DNA of 55,401 bases, filler included, from Basidiobolus ranarum (lineage: Eukaryota): assembly GCA_040143965.1 (NCBI GenBank). It is 4 parts of 4 records of this genome, joined end to end, with 100 filler letters (N's around TTAATTAATTAA, not from the genome) between each part and the next. Parts side by side here need not be neighbours in the genome. Positions count along the whole stretch, not along the records: positions 13,888 to 27,672 come from JASJQH010007336.1; positions 27,773 to 41,546 come from JASJQH010007337.1; 2 more parts are not named here. One strand, written 5' to 3'. The position numbers and the translations under genes are program-made. Shown one piece after another: positions 27,239-38,851 of this stretch (its first letter is position 1; each line of letters starts with the position of its first letter). Below the pieces are notes generated by a model that made no database searches, was not told the DNA's origin, and worked only from the letters and a program-made list of their open reading frames with translations.

Positions 27239-27289
27239 CGATTTAACATGACTTGATACTGAACTCTATCATCAAGTCATGTTAAATCG
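27239..27289. repeat. Perfect 19-bp inverted repeat with 13-nt loop
   Basis: CGATTTAACATGACTTGAT (27239-27257) and ATCAAGTCATGTTAAATCG (27271-27289). Confidence 0.9.
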
Positions 27290-27672
27290 TGGAATTCAAG
27301 CTCAAGTATGGATAAATTGATGTCATTTGTGCCCCTTTTCAACCACTTTGATGAGTCCGGATATAATGAGGAATCTTCTTTAAAAGTCGATCAACGTCCC
27401 ATGTTTACCCGATAGATCGACCAAGGGAATCTATACGATGATTTTGTTTTCATGTTAACTTCATTGGTGTGTCGGTTGAAATTCATCTAGGACTTACCTG
27501 ATAGAATTGGTCCAAGATTCCCATGGAAATGAGGCAATCCGACATGTCGAATTTACCACACATTCTGGAATTATTGGGGGTGGGGATGGGATATCCTCAG
27601 CATGATGTTATCTAAGATTTATTTATCGAGTGGATTTTCTCCAATGACGGGAGGGCACTTGGGATTCAAAAG

Positions 27673-27772
27673 NNNNNNNNNNNNNNNNNNNNNNNNNNNN
27701 NNNNNNNNNNNNNNNNTTAATTAATTAANNNNNNNNNNNNNNNNNNNNNNNNNNNNNNNNNNNNNNNNNNNN
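27673..27772. other. Assembly gap with artificial linker
   Basis: N-run + TTAATTAATTAA + N-run. Confidence 0.97.
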
Positions 27773-27903
27773 CTAGTAGCGAAGCGAGGGGTAAAGGTAG
27801 GCTTAGGAAGAGCTCTAACGACTAAAGGGGTTGAGAGAGACTTCAAAGCGAAGGTAGAACGAGAAGCCAAAAGGCGGGTAGCGATACGAATGTGGGAAGC
27901 CAT
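27773..27903 (-). CDS. 5' end of a probable mitochondrial protein (presequence only), truncated by the gap
   Basis: MASHIRIATRLLASRSTFALKSLSTPLVVRALPKPTFTPRFAT is Arg/Ser/Leu-rich with no acidic residues, typical of a mitochondrial targeting peptide. Confidence 0.7.
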
Positions 27904-28963
27904 ATCAATTATTTGGCAGCTAGAATCAAATTCGGAAATCAAACACTGATACAAATGTAGATTAATAATATAAAAGCTTACCAGAAAGAACGTCGCTAGA
28001 GGCTAATGACTATTACTATGATCCGGGTAGATAATATATAGATTCTCTATTCCACTGAGTAAAGATGGTAAGTTTTTTTATTTATCTTTTCTTAGTGAAT
28101 CTCTACTTTCCATCAGTTTGAGTCACATTTCTGCCATGAATAATCTATATTAGTTATTGCTATTTTCCTAATAGGCCTCTCCTGATAATCATTTGCTCAT
28201 ATGATGAACCATCTTATCAGCCAGTAAAAAGCGGCATTTCGAAACCTGGGCCAATTCCAGGATTATCTACGGAATCCGTTGTTATCAATCGTTCAGTTTA
28301 AGATTATCATTACCAAGGATTATATTTAAGAAAGAGTAAGGAGATCGTGCATACCAAGAGTGTTAGTGGCTACTTAATTCCGATTTGAACAACCCCTCTG
28401 AATGCCGCCTACAGGGTTTACTTCATGCTTCTTACGTCTAGTAACCGTGTAACTTTCCCACCACCCACCTCCCTCCATTTATCTTCTGCCACTGATTATC
28501 TTTTATCAATTCCACCGCCTTCCTCTTTTAGTATTGGATCATTCATAGACAGTTTAGAGAAACACGTAGAAACACTCTTATGTTCTTTACTGTGACTCAA
28601 TATCGAATAGTTGGGGTTGTTGGGTCTATAAAAAGATTTTAGTCTCACTTATTTGTTAGTGCGTTGGATCAAATGAAAGTATATTTTAGAGAATATTGGT
28701 ATTTAACCGTATCTCTTTCCCTTTCCCTTTCTCATACGCTTTTGTAGAACACCTGGTTGAATATTTTGCCCATCGTAAGTATAACTGAGATAGACTGTAG
28801 ATTGTATTGGGACTGAATAAAAACAATAAAGGATGCTTCAATGGGGAAGTTGTGGTTTATTTTATAATTCTACAGACAAAAAGGATATTGGGACATGACA
28901 AAACTTACGTTGAAATTCTATACAAAGTGTGAAGGACAAAAGGAAATTTACATCCAAGAAAGA

Positions 28964-31129
28964 TTAGGCGATGATGGTAGTATTCTCAAACAGCTTGTCT
29001 TTAAGAGTGATATCGATGTCTCCATATGGTTCATCTTGTTTAACTTTGACGACATTTTTGGTGGAGAGAACCAACAATTCAAAGAATAACTTCACTGCAT
29101 CTGTTCTAGTAGCATTACCAGCAATGTTTTTATATTTCAAGTTGGTTGACTTTTCCATTCCGGGATCAGCTGCTTTCTGTATTTCACTACGCAACAGATG
29201 CATAGCCTTAACAGTAGACTTACTGAAAGCGGCATCAGTTCCAGCTTCGGGTTCCTCGATTTCTTCCGCATCGAACATTTCTGATCTGCCTAGACCTCCT
29301 GAAAACTGTTCACTAATGATGGTTTGTTCCTTATCTTCCATCAAAGGCATCGGGGATCCAGGAACCTGTGCAACATTCTTGTTAGTTTAATGAATTTCTC
29401 AATACATGGGAGTAGTAATAATAATACCTCTGGAACAGCCTCTTGGAATACCTCTTCAGGCAACATAGAGATTGGTTCTTCCATTTCAGGAAATATCTCC
29501 TCAATAATAGGTTCCGGTTCAGCAAAGTCAGTCACTGTGGGTTCCTCAAGGGGGATAGAGGGCATGAGCTCTTCCTCCACTATAAAGATGGTTAGTGCAT
29601 CTTGTTGCAACACATATAATTCAGTGTGACTTACTTTCAAAACCAAATGCTTCAGTTTCAGGAACGATTTGTTGATCGTTCACCAAAGTTCTAGAGAATA
29701 ATCCCTGCAATTCGGATAGCATGTTTTGTGGGCCATTCAGAGACAAATAGTATTGAGCACCTTCATCTTGGATCTGCTTCAGTCTCATCATCTTCTTGGA
29801 CACTGGAAGATAGGCTTCTGCTTGAGTGATGTCCGAGGTGTCTCTTAGTTGTCCAGAGATATGATCACTAGGAAGCTCAATCACTTGATCAACAATCAGC
29901 TTCCTCTTTCTACTCTGTCTAGCAACAATTCGTGCGGGAGCAACCATAGCAGGTGCCTCAAGCATAGTTTGTTCTGGTGGAAAGTTAGTTAAATTAAGCT
30001 CAGGTGGCTATTCGTTTTCGAATCACGCATACCTTGATCTTCATGTGGGACTTCGGTAGATGGTTCCACTATGGCTGGTTCCTGAGGGCTAAAGAATACT
30101 TTAATATCTTCATCATGTGACCATCAAGGTAACAGAATTACTCACCGATCCAACCCAAGATCCATATCATCAAATAGATTTTCTTCATTGGGCTTAGCCT
30201 CAAAGGAGAATTCAGGAAGCTCACCCAAGGGCTCCATACCTAACTTTCCTTCATCGAGAGTGATATCCCCTGGTCCATCGATTGAGAAGGACAATTCAGG
30301 CTGTGCATCACGACCAACTTCGATATCCATCGACTCGTCACCCAATGGAACTGGTCGGAAATCATCCTCTAGTCCAAGATCCAGCTCTCTTCCCTCCTCA
30401 ACTTCGAACCCTTGACCGAATAAATCATCACGCTCTAATCCAACATCGATGGTAGTGGCACCGAGACCTTCTTGAAGAGTTATATCCTGTGGACGAGATA
30501 CAATCTGACTATCCTGGTTGGGAGCTTCTAAAGATTCCCAGTTTCTATTGAAATAGTATTAGCTTCATAGTCATAGATAAGCTAGTATACATAGCAATGG
30601 AGACTTACTGAATATTGAAGTCAGCATCAGGCAACAAGATGTCAAACTCGGTGATATTATCAGCGAGAGTGATAGTGTTAAAGCTAGCAATAGCTTGTTC
30701 ACTTGGCATATCGACCATACCAGGTCTGAAAGCCTAAATATGAATATAAACTTAATCAAACGAATAAAATGGCTTTCATTACGCGACAAAAACTAACCAT
30801 TTTGATTTTTACTAAAGCTTCGTTACAATCTTCAAGCAAGTATCTGGCTTTACGAGAATAAATTCTTACAACACCGAGAAGAAGCTGTCCAGACAAACGT
30901 AAAGCCATAGGTGGTTGGTCTCCACCAACGATGGCGCCTATACAACCAATTCAAAGTAAATGTAAGCGAATGGAAGGTAGAAGTTTTCTGATTAAAGTCG
31001 CTTACCAACTGAAGACTGGATATTAGCCTGAAGAAATTGTGCTTTGCTTAGTTTACGCTCCCAATGAGCAGCCAGCCATACCTTGGCAAGTGGGCCTTTC
31101 TTTGATAGAATGGCTTCAGAATAAAACAT
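28964..31129 (-). CDS. RAD21: Cohesin kleisin Rad21/Scc1/Mcd1 (multi-exon)
   Basis: N-terminal [29 protein letters not shown] and [31 protein letters not shown], middle RKRKLIVD, C-terminal [15 protein letters not shown]...KQDEPYGDI. Confidence 0.96.
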
Positions 31130-31499
31130 AATTTATGTTGAACAAATAAATGTGTAGGTTTTGATAAAGTTCAAACGAAAAGTATTTTAATGGGAAGTTT
31201 CAGAGAATAAATATGGGCGAAGTAACGCGTTATTTGTAGGCGCACAAGCACTTTGCCGAGAGAAAATGGATATTTACCAACTGGACGAGATTCGCGAACT
31301 AAGTCAGACAAATTGATTGGTGAATAACAAAGGTATATATGATTGCTATAAAAGCGTGTATAAAAAGGAGTACAAACTATATTTAGTATGACAAAAGCAA
31401 GTCGGGATGGCAAGGTTTGTTTGCATCATATGTCATTTAATATTATATCAACAAATTCGGTCACTTTTATTGGACATGAGTATGTCACCCTCCTTTATC

Positions 31500-31729
31500 T
31501 TAGCCCTCTTTTAGGAACTCTTCACTGAAAACCTTCTCCACCAGCGCGTCAGTGGTTCTGTAAAGTTCATTGGCACACTCAAGAAGGATTTCGTCAAGCA
31601 TATCTTCGCTCAAACTGGTGATCGAGTTAACCATTATGTTGTGGAACAATGAGCAGGAGATACTTACGATTCAACACTGTCAAGGAAGTGTTCCATCTCG
31701 TTCACATTGCTACTTGAGATCTGGCTCAT
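31500..31729 (-). CDS. Two-exon micro-gene, 58 aa, resembling the Moonraker/KIAA0753 C-terminal motif
   Basis: Exon1 31729-31668, GTAAGT...CAG intron 31667-31615 with a GTTAAC branch-like site, exon2 31614-31500. Product MSQISSSNVNEMEHFLDSVESLSEDMLDEILLECANELYRTTDALVEKVFSEEFLKEG. TATAAAA lies about 50 bp upstream. Confidence 0.7.
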
Positions 31730-31925
31730 ATTGGCTGATGGGTGAGTGAGTAGCAAGTTCCAAGGCCGATGGAGGCTATTTTATACTTCCTCTGTGATCA
31801 CTTGGATCTTAGCCATTTTTTATCCAAAATACTGATCGACACACGATGGTATTGTATTGAATTGTATGTAGTATAAAAAGATGATTTTATTGCTCAAAGT
31901 AAATTAAGTAATTTTAAGAGGGTGT

Positions 31926-32516
31926 CTATTCCTTGCTTTCTTCTTCTTTAGAAGCTTCTTCGCTGTTATAATAAATGTTATTTAGTATAATATTCAATAA
32001 ACTACGCATGTAAAATAAGATCTTACAAGTTCTCGACTAATTCAGGAATATCTTCCTCATCTTCTTCGACAGCAGCACCCTGAGCTTGTTGTTGGTAAGC
32101 TTCAGCGAGTCTACGAAGACCAGCAAGAGATTCAGGGCCAAGTTGATGAAGGATACCGGGGATAAGCTCGGTAAGCTCCTTATCCTCACCCTTTCCGGAG
32201 ATGACAAAGGTGTTGGTTTGGGTAGAAGCAGCAACTGTAAACAACGGTTAGTCTTTCAAAGAACTGACTTATCTGAAGAGTTATGGTCGTACGTACCCTT
32301 AGGAGCGGTGAAATGGAGAACCTTTCCATCATCCTTGAACATGTTGACCTCCTCAATGGTTGGGATAGGTTCAACATTGAGCTTCTTGATGAGACCTTGA
32401 AGCTTCTTGTCATCAGCACCGGTGGTCTTGGTGGTCTTCTTGACCTTACGGCGAGGAGTACCCTTACCACCAATACGGACTTGAGCTTGCAATTTAGCGA
32501 GTTTCTCGGGATTCAT
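31926..32516 (-). CDS. EGD1: Nascent polypeptide-associated complex beta subunit (BTF3/Egd1), 3 coding exons
   Basis: [24 protein letters not shown]...[16 protein letters not shown]...[19 protein letters not shown] last intron yields the canonical VENFEEASK ending, TAG at 31926-31928. Confidence 0.95.
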
Positions 32517-33113
32517 GATTTCTACAATGGATTAATTGAACGTATGAGTTTCCACAAATTAGTTTCCATAATCACTATCCATAATGACTAGTAACGTTGG
32601 ATGGATGTATCGATGAGCTGTGACGTACCGTTTGCTAACAATCGTGAAGAATGAGCTCAAGAAAGGGATTGCTGGAAATGAACATGATCAGTTTGATTGC
32701 TACGAAAATATTTCTGGGGGATGATTCTCTATAGTATTACACCAATCATTGCGCATTTCCACTCGATCAAAATGCCAATTATATTGATGGGAAATGATCG
32801 CAATGTTATTTTCAGGTTAATTTGTAACATCGGGATTCAGATGGAAAGAATCAACAACAACATCATAAAATATCACATAGTTTGTGACGTGACCGATACG
32901 TGATTGAGGTAAAATTGAGTTTGAGTTGTGTATTTACCAGTGTACAGGTAATTCATTTTCACTGGAGTTTGTTTATTAGTTTCTATTCATTCTACATTGA
33001 TTGGTTCACCAAACTTGAAGGACGCTATTGATGTTACATTTTGAAAGCTGTGACAAGTCCCGAAATCGTTTCCTTACTTTACACTTGCTCTTAGTTAACC
33101 AGTAAACTTTGTC

Positions 33114-34694
33114 ATGAGCTTTTTCTTCAAGTCCAAAATTAAGACACCACAAGATGTGGTGCGCGGTGTAAAGGACGCTCTCTACAGAATAGACGGCCCT
33201 GATTGGAAAAAGGTAAGTCTTTTGCTTTCAATAACCCTTACTACCTAGAGAAGACAATCTATCTTTCTCACAAGTTTCTTTGAACCTCTTTGTTTGGTTT
33301 TTACGAAAGCTGGTTTATTAATCAGTTTCTTCAAACAGGCCACGGAAGATATATCTAGAAATATACAACTCATGAAGGCAATGCTGAGTGGTGACGAGAG
33401 TATGTATCTTAATTTTTACCAACTTCATTATCAGTCAAGTTAACCAAACATTTTTTAGTCGCTCAACTTTCTCAAGAAATATACAAGGTCGATCTTTTAC
33501 AGCTTTTAATCATGAAACTTCCGAGACTCGAGTTTGAAGTAAGAGAACACAAGTGTCCTGAATATATATATACGTATATACTCACTCATTCAATAATTAA
33601 GACTAGAAAGGATGTAGTAAATATTTTCGGGGTGCTTTTAAGACGTCAAATTGCCAATAGACATCCCACGGTGGACTACTTGTCCGAGAAATCTCACACT
33701 CTGTTTGCGATACTACATGGGTATACATGATAACAAAACCAAGCTCTACCTACACGATGGATATTCACCTGCATTTTTAATAGTTTCGATAATCCAGAAA
33801 TCGCTTTAAGTTGTGGCACTATCTTGAGAGATTGTGCAAAGTACCCCCCTCTAGCTAAAGGGTTGCTTGATAGCCCAGAGTTTTATAGATTCTTCAAGTA
33901 CATCGAGGCCGATACTTTTGACATATCCAGTGACGCCTTCTCCACGTTCAAAGTAAGCATCTGACTATCAATCCCTCTAGAAAAGCACTACTAACAACGA
34001 GTACCTTCACTAGGAGATTTTGACTCGCCATAAAGAATTAACTACAACTTTCTTAATCAAAGACTATAATCAAGTGAGTGGTATGAGGTTTTAAAGGAGT
34101 ATGTTTATTTGACAGTTAACCAGTTTCTAGTTCTTCGACCACTACAATAAGCTACTACTATCCCCTAGCTATGTGACTAAAAGACAATCACTAAAGGTAA
34201 GCGCACGAGACAATACTCAAAACTGAACGAAAAATACTGACCAAACCTTCAGCTACTCTCAGAGATCCTGTTGAATCGAGCCAACTTTCAAGTGATGACT
34301 AAATTCATAGGTTTCCCAGAGAATTTGAAGATGATCATGAATCTTTTGCGTGATCCCAGTAAGAATATTCAAATCGAAGCGTATCATGTTTTCAAGGTGA
34401 ATGGATGTTTCCTCTACTCTCTTGATAATTAGTAGAGCTAACAAATTGGGCTTTTACTTTAGATCTTCGTTGCAAATCCCAACAAGGCTCTACCAGTTGC
34501 CGAAATATTAAAGAAGAACCAGGATAAATTAATGGTCTACTTGAGTAACCTTAGTAACAACCGAAATGGTAAGTTTCTTTATAATACCTTAACCATCAAA
34601 CAGGTTCAATATTAAGTTTGAAATCAATCCAGATGATGAACAGTTTAACGAAGAGAAGGATTACCTTATCAACATCATCCGTCAGTTACCTTGA
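33114..34694 (+). CDS. HYM1: Mo25/Hym1/CAB39 kinase scaffold (multi-exon)
   Basis: [84 protein letters not shown] and [12 protein letters not shown]. Stop 34692-34694. Confidence 0.94.
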
Positions 34695-35100
34695 TTCTCT
34701 TAGATACCTTTTCTTGTTGATTTTGAACAAACATTTCTTTTTCTGAACTCACTTTTGTAATTAAGCGTTGCTAAATGTTACTTGCACTTCTTGCTACCCC
34801 TTTTTTTATGTATTCCCACTAGTGACTATAAATGCTTGTAAAGAAAGTGGATGCATACTAGAGAAACTGAGGCTTTACTATCTCCTTTCACACCCACCCG
34901 CTCACTCATAATATTTGATGTAATAAAGTGATTTACTAATTTTTCCCATATCACATGATTCCCAGTTGCTGATTGATGAAGAAAATTTGGATTTCATGAA
35001 TGCGGTCCCAAGTCACGAGAAAGTTCATTCGATAGGTCTTTTTCTTTGGATTGTAACGAATGGACGAGTCTTTCTTTCTTGATTTCGCATTCATAACAAC

Positions 35101-35813
35101 ATGAAGTATGTGGTTTTTTTACTTGGAATAATGTAGGCTTAGGTGCAGACGTTGTGGTTCATTTATTTTGTGGATATTTGGGGAAGTTCCGGTGTTGTCC
35201 CACGACATTATCGAATGTAACCAGTTAACCATCCATCTATCTGGCCATGAAACGCTACACTTGGGCCTACACTCACTAGTCGATCATAACTGACCTTACC
35301 TTTCTCTAGAATCGAAATCTGCTCCTTCTCTGGTTACAAGATCTACCCTGGTCATGGTAGACTCTTTGTCCGTTCTGACAGCAAAGTAAGTATCCCAGAT
35401 AGAGAATGATTGAATCCACTTATCTAATGTTACTCTAATAGGTTTTCCGCTTTGTTGACTCCAAGACCGAGTCTCTCTTCCAACAACGTATGAACCCCCG
35501 TAAAATTAGCTGGACCGTTGTTTATCGTCGTATGCACAAGAAGGGTATCACCGAAGAAGTTGCCAAGAAGCGTACCCGTCGTGCCGTCAAGCATCAACGT
35601 GCCGTTGTCGGTGCCTCCTGGGAAGCTATTCGCGCCAAGCGCAACCAAAAGCCCGAGGTTCGTGCTGCTGCCCGTCAAGCAGCTATTCGTGATGCTAAGG
35701 ATCAAAAGAAGGCTGACCAAATCAAGAAGAAGGAAACCCGTGCTTCCCAACCCAAGATTTCCAAGCAACAAGCTAAGGGAGCTCGTCCCGCCGTTGCTGC
35801 TAACAGTCGTTAA
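35101..35813 (+). CDS. RPL24: 60S ribosomal protein L24 (eL24), 3 exons
   Basis: [31 protein letters not shown]...[42 protein letters not shown]. Confidence 0.97.
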
Positions 35814-35903
35814 GATATTCTCCTATCCCATCATAATAAAATTCCAGAATTTACTTCATAATCAAATAGGTGATTTTATTGTAATTAACAATAATGTGAA
35901 TGC

Positions 35904-36329
35904 TTAGTAATTCGAACAACGTGCGGTCTTTCGTGCTTGCTCATACGCCACACATGAGAAATCTTCTGCCCTCTCTAATCGCCATCTCTTTGAACCGGCT
36001 GCTTCCAGTTGGTTCCAATATGCGATGCATCTGGAAGTATCCCAGGTTGGATTGGCAGGGACGAATTCGTTGATGCATAAGTCTAGCATACATTCTCTAA
36101 ATGCCTCATCACAGCCAGACTTGGTCTCTTTACAATTACTGTAACATTCATCTTTCTTATCACAACAATCAGCGATCGTCCCGCCATCTGCCTTACGAAT
36201 CAAATAACATCCCGAGTTCTTTAGGAACCCTTTTGAGGGAGGTGGTGCGGGACAAGTGGTAGGAATTTGTGACTCCACCCCAATCATCGCCCAAGTCAAT
36301 ATGGGAATCAATCCGGTTAAAAATTTCAT
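35904..36329 (-). CDS. Secreted group XII phospholipase A2-like protein lacking the catalytic His
   Basis: Signal-peptide-like N-terminus, cysteine pattern CCxxxDxCYxxCxxxKxxCDxxFxxCM and C-terminal CxAY of group XII sPLA2. The HD dyad reads KD. Confidence 0.8.
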   Translation of the reverse strand: MKFLTGLIPILTWAMIGVESQIPTTCPAPPPSKGFLKNSGCYLIRKADGGTIADCCDKKDECYSNCKETKSGCDEAFRECMLDLCINEFVPANPTWDTSRCIAYWNQLEAAGSKRWRLERAEDFSCVAYEQARKTARCSNY

Positions 36330-37072
36330 AATTACCCGTATTAAAAAAGAGAATGATGAGATAGTATTTCTTAATGAATTAATTGAGAATATATACTTTT
36401 CTTGAGAGTTTTACTCTTGTTTCATGTTAGCTTCATCGTGAAACTCTATTTTGCTGAGGTGAGGGCATGAAACTATCAAGGAACATGGTGCCAATTTCCA
36501 ATGCAACCGGTGCCTAGTTGCAAGCCACTGACATGCATTTTCGGTTGAAGCTAAATGATCTATAACCGTGTTCTAAACTGTAACCGGATAACTTTAATGT
36601 ATTGAAGTGCAACCTTTGTGTGGCGGAATACTCATCTCTATCTAATTATCCTTCCAATATTCTTGAATTTTGTATTTTGTATTTTGTTAGATGCATTATA
36701 GCATGACTGATACCAATTTTTTCACAAACAAGTGGATTGATGTTGGTCTTAAACGTTGTTTCTCTATGAGCTTACTTGATACCATATTGTATTTCATTCT
36801 ATCAAACTATAATGCCATTAACTTTCCTAGCCACACTAAGTTTTTTAAAGTTCATGATACATTTGGCTGCATTTCAAAATTTTGCTAACTTACCGAATAG
36901 GTTCTATATGTTGAAATTTTTAAAGCTAGCATATCTTTTTTTGTTTATTGCATATAGACTAATTACAAAGCTAACAGATATCGAAATCAGTATTGTATCT
37001 TTCACAGTAAACTTTTGAAATCGTGTTTATGTTTGGTAACAATTTGTAGTAGGTGAGAGATGATCAAAATAT

Positions 37073-37302
37073 TATTGAAATTAGCATTTACTTAGAAGTT
37101 TGTAGATATATAGATTTTTAGAAGCCCCAAACTTTGCACACATGCTCCTGGGACCTTTTGTTACAAATTCTACACATTTGTTTGCTTACATCATGAAAAA
37201 ACTATAAATGGCAACTTTCAACTCAATAAATTGGTAAGTGAAGACCATCAATTTCTCTAGTTCTCCAAACTACTTGCAACAGCCTCCCAAAATACTTTAA
37301 CA
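37073..37302 (+). mobile_element. Internally deleted solo LTR of the same copia family
   Basis: TATTGAAATTAGCAT start, AGAAGCCCCAAACTTTGCACAC core, ends AATACTTTAACA. Part of the 5' region is missing and there is no clear TSD. Confidence 0.82.
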
Positions 37303-37719
37303 TTAACAACCTTTGTCAAGCTGAAAATAAGGAATACTCTTCTTGGTAGATAAAAAATGTGGCCCTTATATTTGCCTGTATTAAATGCAAATATAAACAG
37401 ATATAAACACTGCTTAAAAACAAAATTGTGACTTCCCACGTTGGTTTATGGTACTAAATTGATTGCATGCAAGTAAACAGGGTAAGAAATGTAAAGTGCA
37501 CTTTTGGATGGTAAGATGCTTGAAAACATTAAGATGCTGGCATAATTTACAAGCTATCCCATTAGCATCCAATTAGCTAGTTATTTATTTAAATGAAGGT
37601 TGGGTAGTATTAGATTTGTATATACTTGGGTGGGATCTTGAAAGGATTCCTACCTGATAAGTAATGGCAACATTGGGAGTTGTTTGTGGACCTTGAAAAT
37701 ATACTCCTATGACATCAAC

Positions 37720-38815
37720 TTATAATAGCATATCTTAGCCAGATACAGTGATTTATCAAAGACTTTGTAACTGCATATGAAAACTTTTTTACAGATTTAG
37801 GCAAGATGGACTGAGTCTAAGCCAGTATTCCATATATACCCTACCATATCTTTCACAATGTTTGGAGTTCACAGGCCCTTGATATGCATTCAGGGAGTTC
37901 CCAATGGAGGCACTTATAGTGAGATGATGTTCCAAGTGAAATCAACAGTGCTATCATATGCTAATCTCATTAATAATGTAAAAGCTAATCATTGATTGAC
38001 ATAATGCAATTGTTTAAAGAAGCTCTGAATAGTAGCATTTATCCTACACATAGCTCATAACAGTGCATTTACTGGTTTTTGCATTGCTTCAGGGCAATAA
38101 CAACAATAAGAAAAATCCATGTACAGTTAGTAAGTATATATCCAGTAGAACTATTTCATTATTGCCTTAATCTGATGTGACTCTGTGGAAAGTTGCTGGA
38201 AAAAGTTCTTGGTAAGATAGAGGAAGATACATGGTACTTTTGTCTTAGTCATGGCATAATGTATTCAAGTAGTAGCACTTCCACTTACAGTAAGATGTTT
38301 GTTGATTGTAAGTCAGGGATATCTTGGCTGAGTAATTTACAAAAGTTGCACAAATCAAGGAGCTTATTCTTATTAACATTAAGAGCAAAGTCAGCTATTA
38401 GCCAAGTATCAGTATTATTTGAAATTTCATATGTTCAGCAATATTTCCAGCATTGGTCTGTTGCCAATGCTTGTTGGGATAGTAGATAAATGCCTGATTA
38501 GTCAGGTATATGAATACATACAGACCAAACACAACAAGAAGCTAGTATTTTTTGATTCACACTATAGTTGCAATACCAGGCCTAAAATGCATTAATAAAG
38601 GCATACATGAACCCTAACAAAAATAAAATCAATTTGATCCAGGTTGGATCCACCCTTTTGGAGAACAAAACCATCCAAGGACTATCACAATATTGGTGGC
38701 TTGCATTCTGCCAGAGATTATGATGGTGAGACTGTGGCCTCTTAATGGTATTATGATAGTAATCATTGCATGGTGAAATACATATCCTTACATTTGGCAT
38801 GTATTATTTAATTTC
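37720..38815. repeat. Unidentified degenerate repeat, copy A
   Basis: About 37720-38610 is an inverted, diverged match to about 40480-41380 (e.g. GGGAGTTCCCAATGGAG vs CTCCATTGGGAACTCCC). About 38615-38815 is a direct match to about 40205-40410. Confidence 0.8.
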
Positions 38816-38851
38816 TGTTAAAGAATTTGGGAGCCTGTAGGAAGTGGTTTG

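Noticed and set aside
35430-35907. Antisense and alternate-frame ORFs over RPL24 (likewise over CCT3, BTF3, GDI1, RAD21)
   Set aside because: Shadow ORFs produced by codon bias of the real genes.
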